Below, one piece after another: positions 15,297-22,860 of a DNA stretch of 59,881 bases; the stretch's first letter is position 1; every line of letters starts with the position of its first letter. The stretch covers positions 1 through 59,881 of the forward strand of contig JBGSYJ010000248.1 in NCBI GenBank assembly GCA_041750915.1, written 5' to 3'. The DNA comes from Thermoanaerobaculia bacterium. Its GTDB lineage: Bacteria; Acidobacteriota; Thermoanaerobaculia; Gp7-AA8. A program made the translations under genes and the position numbers. Below the pieces are notes generated by a model that saw only the letters and a program-made list of their open reading frames with translations, had not been told where the DNA came from and made no database searches.

Positions 15297-15791
15297 CTAT
15301 GACTCAGTCAGAATGTGCTGCCGCTTGCTGAAATGGGAGTCGAGCGCGTCGATTGCCGTGCTCAGATTCTCCATCGCTTCGCGCAGACGCACGGGCGACT
15401 CGAGTGATTCCCTTACCACCGCCGCCCCAGCCGCGATCGTCTCGACGTCATCGAAAAGCTCGAGGTCGAAGGCATAGAGCCGGTCGAGCTTCTCCTGCGT
15501 GATCTTGTGAAGGTCGAGGAATGCCCGATACCCGCGACTCGCGTACGTGATGGTGTTCGCAAGAGCGGAGATCTTCGATCCGAGCCGTTCGAGCTCGGGA
15601 AGGGGGGCGAAATGATGGCGCCCGGCCAGGACGCGCTTGTCCTCGTCGAGGCCACGGGAGACGCGCGTGAGGTCCCCGGCAAGCCGGTCGCGGACGAGCT
15701 TGTCGGTGTCACGCGACGACTCCTGATCCTGATACCCCGCTACGCCGGGAAGAACCCTGGCGAGCCTCTCCAGCTTCTCCGCGATACTCAT
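15297..15791 (-). CDS. All-helical hypothetical protein (first gene of the SPFH operon)
   Basis: 164-aa ORF with charged, helix-prone sequence. Its TAG stop overlaps the SD of the SPFH gene (TAGGAG). No family recognised. Confidence 0.6.
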   Translation of the reverse strand: MSIAEKLERLARVLPGVAGYQDQESSRDTDKLVRDRLAGDLTRVSRGLDEDKRVLAGRHHFAPLPELERLGSKISALANTITYASRGYRAFLDLHKITQEKLDRLYAFDLELFDDVETIAAGAAVVRESLESPVRLREAMENLSTAIDALDSHFSKRQHILTES

Positions 15792-15848
15792 CGGGATGAA
15801 CGCTCCGTGATTTTCGGTGATGGGTTCAGTATAGAGCAGAGGTCGGAG

Positions 15849-15936
15849 GTGTCATCCTGAGCGGAGCGAAGGATCCCCTTCCTCGATGCGCTAATGCCAG
15901 TCTTCAGGGGATCCTTCGCTTCGCTCAGGATGACAC
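15849..15936. repeat. MITE-like palindrome, family F1 (about 88 bp)
   Basis: GTGTCATCCTGAGCGGAGCGAAGGATCCCC, then loop cttcctcgatgcgctaatgccagtcttcag, then GGGATCCTTCGCTTCGCTCAGGATGACAC. Confidence 0.95.
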
Positions 15937-15965
15937 GTCCGTCAGATCTGGGCCGGTCCATATGA

Positions 15966-16121
15966 AGCAAGCGTGGGTTCGAGGAAGGTACGAGGGACCA
16001 CGCGCGATGGTACATAGTGGCCTTGGGAGGTCCGCTCGAGCTTTCCCGTGACGAATTCACTGTGTACTATCGCCGGAGATCCCTCGCCCCTCCCACCCGC
16101 ACGACCAGGCTCGGGATGACA
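15966..16121. repeat. MITE-like palindrome, family F3, left end degenerate
   Basis: The right two-thirds matches the copies at 24155 and 34256: ..gatggtacatagt..ctgtgtactatcgccggagatccctcgcccctcccacccgcacgaccaggctcgggatgaca. Confidence 0.8.
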
Positions 16122-16306
16122 GGATTTACACGTCTCCGTTTAAATCGAATGTGAATAATCTCGACCTGAAAGAAGGTTCAGTGATGCAGAGTCCAGGTTC
16201 CATTACCATCCACAGCCTCGCCAGCCGGGGCGCATAGGGTTTTCTTGCTCAACGCGGCCTCCGCGATGTAAGAAAGGCCGGTCTCAATTCAATCAAGGAG
16301 AAATGC

Positions 16307-17833
16307 ATGAGAAAAGCAGCGGGAGCGCTCCTCACTTTCTGGTTGCTCAGCGCCGGAGCGGTGGGTGCCCAGGACCTCGCTTCCTTCGAGAAGCGGGTTA
16401 CAAGCAAAGTACTGCCCAACGGCCTGACCATTCTGGTCGTGGAGCGGCCGGAAGCACCGGTGTTCTCTTTCTTCACTCACGTCGACGCCGGCTCAACGCA
16501 GGAAGTGCCGGGGATCACGGGTCTTGCTCACATGTTCGAGCACATGGCGTTCAAGGGAACGAAGACGATCGGAACGAAGGATTATGCGGCGGAGGAAGCC
16601 GCGCTCGTCCGCGTAGAGCAGACTTACGAAGCGTACGATCGCGAGCGACGAAAACAAACCGGCCGGGACGAGCAGAAGGTCGAGCAGCTGCGAAGCGAGT
16701 GGGAAAAGGCGAAGACCGCCGCCGACGAGTATGTCGTGCTCAACGAGTTCGGCGAGATCATCGATCGGAACGGCGGTGTCGGCTTGAACGCCTTCACCAG
16801 CAGCGACGAGACCGGATACTTCTACTCTCTGCCCTCCAATCGCCTGGAGCTCTGGGCGTATCTGGAATCGGAGCGCTTCCTCGAGCCGGTCATGCGCGAG
16901 TTCTACAAAGAGCGTGACGTCGTCAAGGAAGAGCGCCGTATGCGGACTGACAGCAATCCGATCGGCAAACTGGTCGAACAGTTCCTCGCGACAGCGTTCA
17001 CGGCTCATCCCTACGGACAGGCCGGTATCGGCTGGCCCTCCGACCTGGACACCATCACGGCGACGGACGCTGTGGCCTTCTTCGAAACCTACTACGTACC
17101 GGCGAATATGGTTGTCGCAATCGTGGGCGATGTGAAGCCCGCACAGGTCCTCCCGCTGGCGGAGAAGTACTTCGGTAGACTGCCGGCGCGACCGGATCCT
17201 CAGCCCCTCCGAACCGTAGAGCCCGAGCAGACGGCAGAGCGGATTGTCATTCTCCGCGAGACGTCGCAGCCGTTCTACATCGAGGGTTACCACAAAGAGA
17301 ACGCCATCCACGCCGATGACGTGGTTTACGAAGTCATCAGTGATCTGATGTCGAACGGTCGCACATCACGACTCTACCGCTCGCTGGTCCGCGACAAGAA
17401 GATTGCGGCGGCGGCTGCAGGATTCAACAATTTTCCCGGTGACAAGTACGCGAACCTCTTCGCCTTCTTCGGCGTTCCGACACCGGGCCATACCACCGAT
17501 GAAGTGAGAGACGCGATCCGTGCCGAGATCGAGCGGATCCGCACGGAGCCTGTGACTGACGAAGAGTTGCTCATGGTCAAACGGCGCGCGAAGGCGACTC
17601 TGCTGCGAAGTCTCGACAGCAATCAGGGCCTGGCTCTCCAGATGGGCACTGCGCAGGCACGCTACGGAGACTGGAGAGAGGTCTTCCGCAATGTCGAGCG
17701 CATTGACAAGGTAACCAAAGAGGACATTCTGCGCGTCGCGAGTAAAGCGTTCGTTCCATCGAACCGCACTGTCGGATTGATCGAAACGAGACCGGCCGAC
17801 GCTGCCGCCGTTGCACCGGCGAAGGGAGAGTAA
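16307..17833 (+). CDS. M16 (pitrilysin/insulinase) family zinc peptidase, catalytic subunit
   Basis: ATG preceded by AAGGAG. Signal peptide present. HxxEH zinc motif in GLAHMFEHMAFKGT. Confidence 0.9.
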   Translation: MRKAAGALLTFWLLSAGAVGAQDLASFEKRVTSKVLPNGLTILVVERPEAPVFSFFTHVDAGSTQEVPGITGLAHMFEHMAFKGTKTIGTKDYAAEEAALVRVEQTYEAYDRERRKQTGRDEQKVEQLRSEWEKAKTAADEYVVLNEFGEIIDRNGGVGLNAFTSSDETGYFYSLPSNRLELWAYLESERFLEPVMREFYKERDVVKEERRMRTDSNPIGKLVEQFLATAFTAHPYGQAGIGWPSDLDTITATDAVAFFETYYVPANMVVAIVGDVKPAQVLPLAEKYFGRLPARPDPQPLRTVEPEQTAERIVILRETSQPFYIEGYHKENAIHADDVVYEVISDLMSNGRTSRLYRSLVRDKKIAAAAAGFNNFPGDKYANLFAFFGVPTPGHTTDEVRDAIRAEIERIRTEPVTDEELLMVKRRAKATLLRSLDSNQGLALQMGTAQARYGDWREVFRNVERIDKVTKEDILRVASKAFVPSNRTVGLIETRPADAAAVAPAKGE

Positions 17834-17836
17834 CCG

Positions 17837-19975
17837 ATGAAACCGATAAACAGATCCGCAGTCGCACTCGGAGCACTGCTTCTTCTGCTGGCCCCTTCGT
17901 CCTTCGCGCAGGTGAGCGATTGGAAGGAGATCAAAGTTCCGGCGCTGAACAAATTTACCATCCAGCAACCGACGAAGATCACTCTGCCGAACGGCATGAT
18001 CGTCATGCTGCAGGAGAATCACGAACTGCCCCTCGTGAGCGGTTACGCGGCCGTCCGCGGCGGATCGAGGGATGTCCCCGCCGCAAAAACCGGCTTGTTG
18101 AACATCTACGGTGAAGTCTGGAGAACGGGTGGAACGACGAAGCAGACCGGCGACCAGCTCGATGATCTGCTCGAGAGCCGCGCAGCCCAGATTGAAACCG
18201 GAGGCGACATCGACTCAACCTCGATCTCCTTCAACGTGCTGAAGGAAGATTTCGATCCGGTATTCGACATCTTCATCGATCTGATGCGGAATCCCGAATT
18301 TCGTGAAGACAAGATCGTGATTGCCAAGAACCAGCTTCGCACAGGCATCGCCCGGCGCAACGACGATCCCTCGCAGATCGCGGGTCGTGAGGCCGTCAGG
18401 ATCGCCTATGGCCTCGACTCACCCTACGCTCGCGTTCCGGAGTACTACACGGTCGATGCCGTCACTCGCGAGGACCTCGTGCAGTGGCACAAGCGGCACG
18501 TCCATCCGAACAACATCATCCTCGGAATCACTGGCGACTTCGATTCAAAGAAGGTGGAACAGCGAATCCGGAAAGCGTTCGGGTCGTGGGCAAAGGGTCC
18601 CGCCGTTACCACTGCGGAGATCAAGTTTCAGGAGCCGAAGGCAGACGTCTACTTCGTTCCGAAGGATGACATCAATCAGAGCTCGATCCGCATGATTGCG
18701 CTCGGCACGACTCGCAACAATCCTGATTACTACGCACTTCAGGTGCTCAACGAAGTTCTCTCCGGAGGCTTCGCGTCGAGGCTCTTCTCGAACATCCGCT
18801 CGAAGAAGGGACTGGCGTATTCGGTAGGAGGCGGCGTCGGCACGCAGTTCGACCATCCCGGCATCTTCATGCTTTCGATGGGCACCAAGAGCGAGACCAC
18901 CGCGGCGGCCATCGACGCGCTGAAGGAAGAGCTGACGAACATCGTCAGCAATCCTCCGAATCAGCTCGAGCTCGACCGGGCAAAGGAGTCGATTCTCAAC
19001 TCGTTCATCTTCCGCTTCGATTCGAAGGAGAAGCTCTTGAACGAGCAGATTGCCCTGGCCTACTATGGCTATCCTTCCGACTTCTACTCCCGCTACCGTG
19101 ACGCTGTCGAGAAGGTCACGCCGGCGGACATCGCCCAGGTGGCAAAGAAGTACGTCAAGGGCGACAAGATGGCCATCCTGGTCGTCGGCAAGGCCGCTGA
19201 TTTCGATCGGCCGCTCTCATCGTTCGGTCAGGTGACCACGCTCGATATCAGCATTCCCGAAGCACCTCCAGGTGAAGCAGGCGCGACTCCCGCAGCTGCA
19301 TCAACCGGTGATGAGAAGGGCCGTCAGCTTGCGCAGAAGGTCGCGGAAGCTTATGGCGGCCAGAACAAAATCGCCTCTGTGAAGAGCGTCATGCAGAAGG
19401 CGAAAGTCACGATGAAGACCCCGCAGGGGGATATCCCCATCACCCTCGAGGCCATCTACGTCTATCCCGACCGCGCATACCAGAAGATGGGGACGCCGAT
19501 GGGTGAAATGGTGATGGTCGCTTCGCCATCGGCCAGCTTCATGTCCGGCGCGATGGGCTCACGGGATCTGCCCGCCTCGCAGAAGGAAGAGCAGATGAAG
19601 GAGATCCACCGCGATCCGTTCTTCGTTCTCCAGCACGCAGGAGATGCCGACGTGACGTTCACTTCGGCGGGCACCGAGAAGGTCGGCGACATCGACGCGC
19701 AGATCGTCGACGTGAACTCGAAAGGCGCCGAGGTCCGCTGGTATGTCGATCCAGCCTCGGGACGCATTCTAAAATCGTCGAGCAGAGCGATGACACCGAC
19801 GGGTCCGGGTATGCAGGTGACGACTTACAGCGACTGGCGAATGGTCGACGGGATGTCGCTGCCGTTTCAAAGGGTCATCTCGGTAAATGGAGAAGAGAGC
19901 GGCCAATCCACGACTGAGGAGATCGTCATCAATCCGCCGGTCGATGCAAAGCTGTTCGAGAAGCCTGCAGCGTAG
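17837..19975 (+). CDS. M16-family peptidase-like protein lacking HxxEH, with about 240-aa extra C-terminal domain
   Basis: Starts 4 nt after the preceding stop and has a signal peptide. M16 fold blocks are present, but the motif position reads GLLNIYGEVW. After about residue 470 there is an added beta-rich domain (KVTMKTPQGDIPITLEAIYVYPDRAY...). Confidence 0.85.
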   Translation: MKPINRSAVALGALLLLLAPSSFAQVSDWKEIKVPALNKFTIQQPTKITLPNGMIVMLQENHELPLVSGYAAVRGGSRDVPAAKTGLLNIYGEVWRTGGTTKQTGDQLDDLLESRAAQIETGGDIDSTSISFNVLKEDFDPVFDIFIDLMRNPEFREDKIVIAKNQLRTGIARRNDDPSQIAGREAVRIAYGLDSPYARVPEYYTVDAVTREDLVQWHKRHVHPNNIILGITGDFDSKKVEQRIRKAFGSWAKGPAVTTAEIKFQEPKADVYFVPKDDINQSSIRMIALGTTRNNPDYYALQVLNEVLSGGFASRLFSNIRSKKGLAYSVGGGVGTQFDHPGIFMLSMGTKSETTAAAIDALKEELTNIVSNPPNQLELDRAKESILNSFIFRFDSKEKLLNEQIALAYYGYPSDFYSRYRDAVEKVTPADIAQVAKKYVKGDKMAILVVGKAADFDRPLSSFGQVTTLDISIPEAPPGEAGATPAAASTGDEKGRQLAQKVAEAYGGQNKIASVKSVMQKAKVTMKTPQGDIPITLEAIYVYPDRAYQKMGTPMGEMVMVASPSASFMSGAMGSRDLPASQKEEQMKEIHRDPFFVLQHAGDADVTFTSAGTEKVGDIDAQIVDVNSKGAEVRWYVDPASGRILKSSSRAMTPTGPGMQVTTYSDWRMVDGMSLPFQRVISVNGEESGQSTTEEIVINPPVDAKLFEKPAA

Positions 19976-19986
19976 AAAACTGTTGT

Positions 19987-20122
19987 GGCAGGGCCCTCCG
20001 AGGCCCTGCCTCTTCGAGCAGTAGCGATGTACGACACCTGGCGCGTGCACCAGAACGGCGATGGCTCCAGATGTCGTACGTCTTCGCGATCCTGAGAAGG
20101 CAGGGCCTGGGAAGGCCCTGCC
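19987..20122. terminator. Imperfect 136-bp palindrome with two identical GC hairpins between convergent genes (bidirectional terminator candidate)
   Basis: GGCAGGGCC-ctccga-GGCCCTGCC at 19987-20010 and GGCAGGGCC-tgggaa-GGCCCTGCC at 20099-20122. An inner inverted pair gtacgaca/tgtcgtac lies between them. No U-tract. Confidence 0.55.
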
Positions 20123-20145
20123 ACATGGACTCAACCCATTGTCGC

Positions 20146-20883
20146 TCAGTCGGTCGCCGCTTCCCGTCTCAGCAGATAGGTTCCCGTCTTCTCACCCCGA
20201 ACGAAATCAAAGACCGAGTATCCACGAGCGAAGAGATCCTGAAACGCGTTCCGGCTCACTTCACGCCACTCCCGCGCAAGAGCGCGATCGACAAGCACGA
20301 GCTGCCGAAAGTCGGACGGAATCTCAATGAATGTCTCCGGGTCGGATAACGTCGAGGTCAAACCACCGATCCGCTCACGCACACGTTGCGAATCGAGATC
20401 CCATGAGACCCACAGCCGATCGGTCGCCGTCGCCTGATGGAGTGGACTGCTCGTCTCGCCGTAGAAATCCTCGATATACCGCGACGACGTCACGCCGAGT
20501 TTTCGGAAGTTCAGATGAGCATTCTCCGACTGAAGGGGATCAAAGGTCCACGTGATGCGGCGGATACCCTGCGACATCGCCCTCTCGCGCTGCGCCAGCT
20601 TCAGCCTGAGGCCGAGTCCCGTCCCGCGATATCGAGTACGAACGGCCAGCATGTCGGAGTGCAGAATCGTTTCGCCCTCGTCGAGTCCGACAAAGCCGTA
20701 AACGAATCCGGCGATCTCGCGGCCGTGGAAAGCCGCGATGAGCGATCCGCCCGCAGCGATGGTCGCCTTGAGCACAAGGGCGGGAACAATGTCGAGATCG
20801 CTGAGCCCCCAGACTTCCCGTTGCACGACTTCGATCTCTCGCAGCTCCTGCATCGATTCAATCGATCGCAGCTCGATGTTCAT
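20146..20883 (-). CDS. GNAT-like acyltransferase-fold protein, translationally coupled to the MenC/NSAR-like gene
   Basis: Block HSDMLAVRTRYRGTGLGLRLKLAQRE...ITWTFDPLQSENAHLNFRKLG resembles the acyl-CoA-binding core of GNATs. Its ATG overlaps the upstream stop codon (ATGA, 20880-20883). Confidence 0.7.
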   Translation of the reverse strand: MNIELRSIESMQELREIEVVQREVWGLSDLDIVPALVLKATIAAGGSLIAAFHGREIAGFVYGFVGLDEGETILHSDMLAVRTRYRGTGLGLRLKLAQRERAMSQGIRRITWTFDPLQSENAHLNFRKLGVTSSRYIEDFYGETSSPLHQATATDRLWVSWDLDSQRVRERIGGLTSTLSDPETFIEIPSDFRQLVLVDRALAREWREVSRNAFQDLFARGYSVFDFVRGEKTGTYLLRREAATD

Positions 20884-21995
20884 CTACAGATGCCACTTTC
20901 AAGACGCGCCGTCAGATGTTCAATGCGATCGCGATCGACGGCGACTCCCAGACCCGATCCCGTGGGCACAGAAATCAGGCCTTCGCCGGAGACGGTCACC
21001 GGAGGATCGATGATGTCCTCTTCCCAGTAACGAGCGGAGGCCGACACGTCGCCGGGGAGCGAAAAGCCCTCGAGCGTGGAGAGCGCGATGTTGTGCGCGC
21101 GACCCACGCCCGATTCGAGCATCCCACCGCACCAGACGGGCACGCCGGCCTCACGGCAGATGCGCTCGATCTGGAGAGCTGAGGTGTAGCCACCGACCCG
21201 ACCCAGCTTCACGTTGATGATCCGGCACGAGGAGAGCGCGATCGCATGCACCGCGTCTGCAGGTTTGACGATCGACTCGTCAAGGCATACCGGCGTCGTG
21301 ATCCCGCGCTGCAACGTCGCGTGGTCGAACAGATCGTCATACGCGAGCGGCTGTTCGATCATCATGAGCCCGAACTGATCCAGTTCCTCGAACAGTGGCA
21401 TGTCGGCGAGGGTGTAGGCGGAGTTCGCGTCAACCATCAGGGAGAGATCGGGAAAGTGTGCTCTCACTCGCTCGATCAGTTCACGGTCGCTTCCCGGCTT
21501 GATCTTGATCTTCACCCGCCGATAGCCCGCTCCGACTTCGTTCTCGATCTTCACGAGAAGCTCATCGACTCCGGGCTGTAACCCGATCGAGACTCCCGCG
21601 GCAATCGTTTCCCGTCTGCCACCGAGCAGTTGCCAGAGAGGAACTCCGCGCCGCTCCGCCTCGAGGTGCCAGCACGCACTCTCCACGGCCGCCTTCGCCA
21701 TCCGATGGCCCCGTACGCCCGCAAAAAGGCCGGCTACCTCGGATGGATGCTCGATCGTCTTTCCGAGCGCCAGCGGAAGGAGGTAGTCCTGCAGAATCAG
21801 CCACGATCCATCTACCCACTCTTCGCTGTAGAACGGATTCTCGTCAGTGGTGCACTCACCCCATCCCTCCACCCCATTCTCGTCCTCGACGCGTACGAGA
21901 ATGATGCGGCGCTCTTCCGTTCGTCCCAGACTCGTGACGAACGGGAATCGCAGACGGAGGCGGATTTCGCGGATGTCGATTGTGCGGAGGAGCAT
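20880..21995 (-). CDS. Enolase-superfamily enzyme, o-succinylbenzoate synthase / N-acylamino-acid racemase (MenC/NSAR) type
   Basis: Trimmed to ATG 21995 (MLLRTIDIREIRLRLRFPFVTSLG..GWGEC). KIKIKPG, MVDANSAY and IEQP blocks are present. The upstream 41 codons of the track ORF are read-through of the repeat arm. Confidence 0.85.
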   Translation of the reverse strand: MLLRTIDIREIRLRLRFPFVTSLGRTEERRIILVRVEDENGVEGWGECTTDENPFYSEEWVDGSWLILQDYLLPLALGKTIEHPSEVAGLFAGVRGHRMAKAAVESACWHLEAERRGVPLWQLLGGRRETIAAGVSIGLQPGVDELLVKIENEVGAGYRRVKIKIKPGSDRELIERVRAHFPDLSLMVDANSAYTLADMPLFEELDQFGLMMIEQPLAYDDLFDHATLQRGITTPVCLDESIVKPADAVHAIALSSCRIINVKLGRVGGYTSALQIERICREAGVPVWCGGMLESGVGRAHNIALSTLEGFSLPGDVSASARYWEEDIIDPPVTVSGEGLISVPTGSGLGVAVDRDRIEHLTARLESGICR

Positions 21996-22003
21996 GGGAG
22001 GAA

Positions 22004-22168
22004 AGTAGACAGTACACAGTAGACAGAAGACAGTAGGGGGCCACCGCCCCACCCACGGAGTCGAGTCACTAGTTGGTAATCGATAGAGAGCAGTCAGTAA
22101 CCAGTAGTCAGTATCCACACCGCGCGGGGCGGGGGCTACTGTCTCCTGTCTACTGTGTACTGTCTACT
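22004..22168. repeat. Heptamer-arm hairpin element, A-type, with B-type fragment in core
   Basis: The 33-nt left arm is identical to 1320-1352. The right arm (22136-22168) differs from 1441-1473 at one base. The core starts ggggccaccgcccc, as at 1353, and contains cagtcagtaaccagtagtcagta. Confidence 0.95.
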
Positions 22169-22172
22169 CACT

Positions 22173-22658
22173 TCAATGCACCGCCCCCGCCTGGTCAATC
22201 CGATGCGTCACTTCGAGTATGACCTTCGTGAGATCGATCTGAATCGGCACCATGGTGACTGTAGGGATCTCCGAGTTGAATCGGAAAGCTCCATCAGACG
22301 AAACGAACAGATCGAGCAGTTGCTCTTCGACCTTACGGCTGAGCGCCTGTCGGATATCGAGCTCACGGACCATATTGAGCTCGGTCAGAATCATCCCGAG
22401 CGAGATCTGCGATTCATCACGCACTCGAAACGCTTCCCGATGCATCTCTTCGGTCAGATGACCCTCGGAAATCAGCAGACGTCCGAGGCTCTGATCGAGG
22501 TTGGTTGACGCACAGAACATGAGCTTTCCGCCGTCGAACGACATCGTATGCTCGCTCTCAGGAAGAGAGATGCGCAGCGTCCCGGTTTTGCCGCTCTGGC
22601 TGATCCACTGGAACAGCTCCGGGACCGGCATCGTCTTCAGGAAACCGCACACCGCCAT
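22173..22658 (-). CDS. DUF4388 (PATAN-like) domain protein
   Basis: The N-terminus L.TMPVPELFQWISQSGKTGTLRI....E..MSFDGGKL is the typical DUF4388 signature. 161 aa. Confidence 0.7.
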   Translation of the reverse strand: MAVCGFLKTMPVPELFQWISQSGKTGTLRISLPESEHTMSFDGGKLMFCASTNLDQSLGRLLISEGHLTEEMHREAFRVRDESQISLGMILTELNMVRELDIRQALSRKVEEQLLDLFVSSDGAFRFNSEIPTVTMVPIQIDLTKVILEVTHRIDQAGAVH

Positions 22659-22704
22659 TGGATCCGGGCCTCGTTGAATAATGAGTACTTAAATAGTAAG
22701 AACA

Positions 22705-22733
22705 AATCTAGTCCTTATTTGGTGCGGAGTCAA
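22705..22733 (-). promoter_or_regulatory. Sigma70-type promoter candidate for the DUF4388 gene
   Basis: Minus strand: TTGACT (22733-22728), a 17-nt spacer, then TAGATT (22710-22705). It lies in a locally AT-rich patch about 45 nt upstream of ATG 22658. Confidence 0.4.
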
Positions 22734-22749
22734 AAAGAGAGTCAAGCAT

Positions 22750-22838
22750 GTGTCATCCTGAGCGAAGCGAAGGATCCCCTGAAGACTCGCGGCATCTCCT
22801 CCGGGGAGGGGATCCTTCGCTGGCGCTCAGGATGACAC
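22750..22838. repeat. MITE-like palindrome, family F1 (loop in inverted orientation)
   Basis: GTGTCATCCTGAGCGAAGCGAAGGATCCCC-tgaagactcgcggcatctcctccggggag-GGGATCCTTCGCTGGCGCTCAGGATGACAC. Confidence 0.95.
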
Positions 22839-22860
22839 CGCTCGTTGCTCTGCCGCGCTC

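Noticed and set aside
16126-16306. Promoter or structured leader upstream of the M16 operon (TTTACA ... TGTGAATAAT).
   Set aside because: The spacing between the -35-like and -10-like hexamers does not fit 16-18 nt. I could not support a specific call.
22548-22835. Small ORFs containing SEAKDPL, HPERSEGS or VILSAAKDP peptides. Others of this kind are 15788..16060, 32781..33290, 36706..37210, 46589..46957 and 47823..48155.
   Set aside because: The conserved peptide is the translation of the F1 palindrome stem. The ORFs have no conservation outside the repeat.
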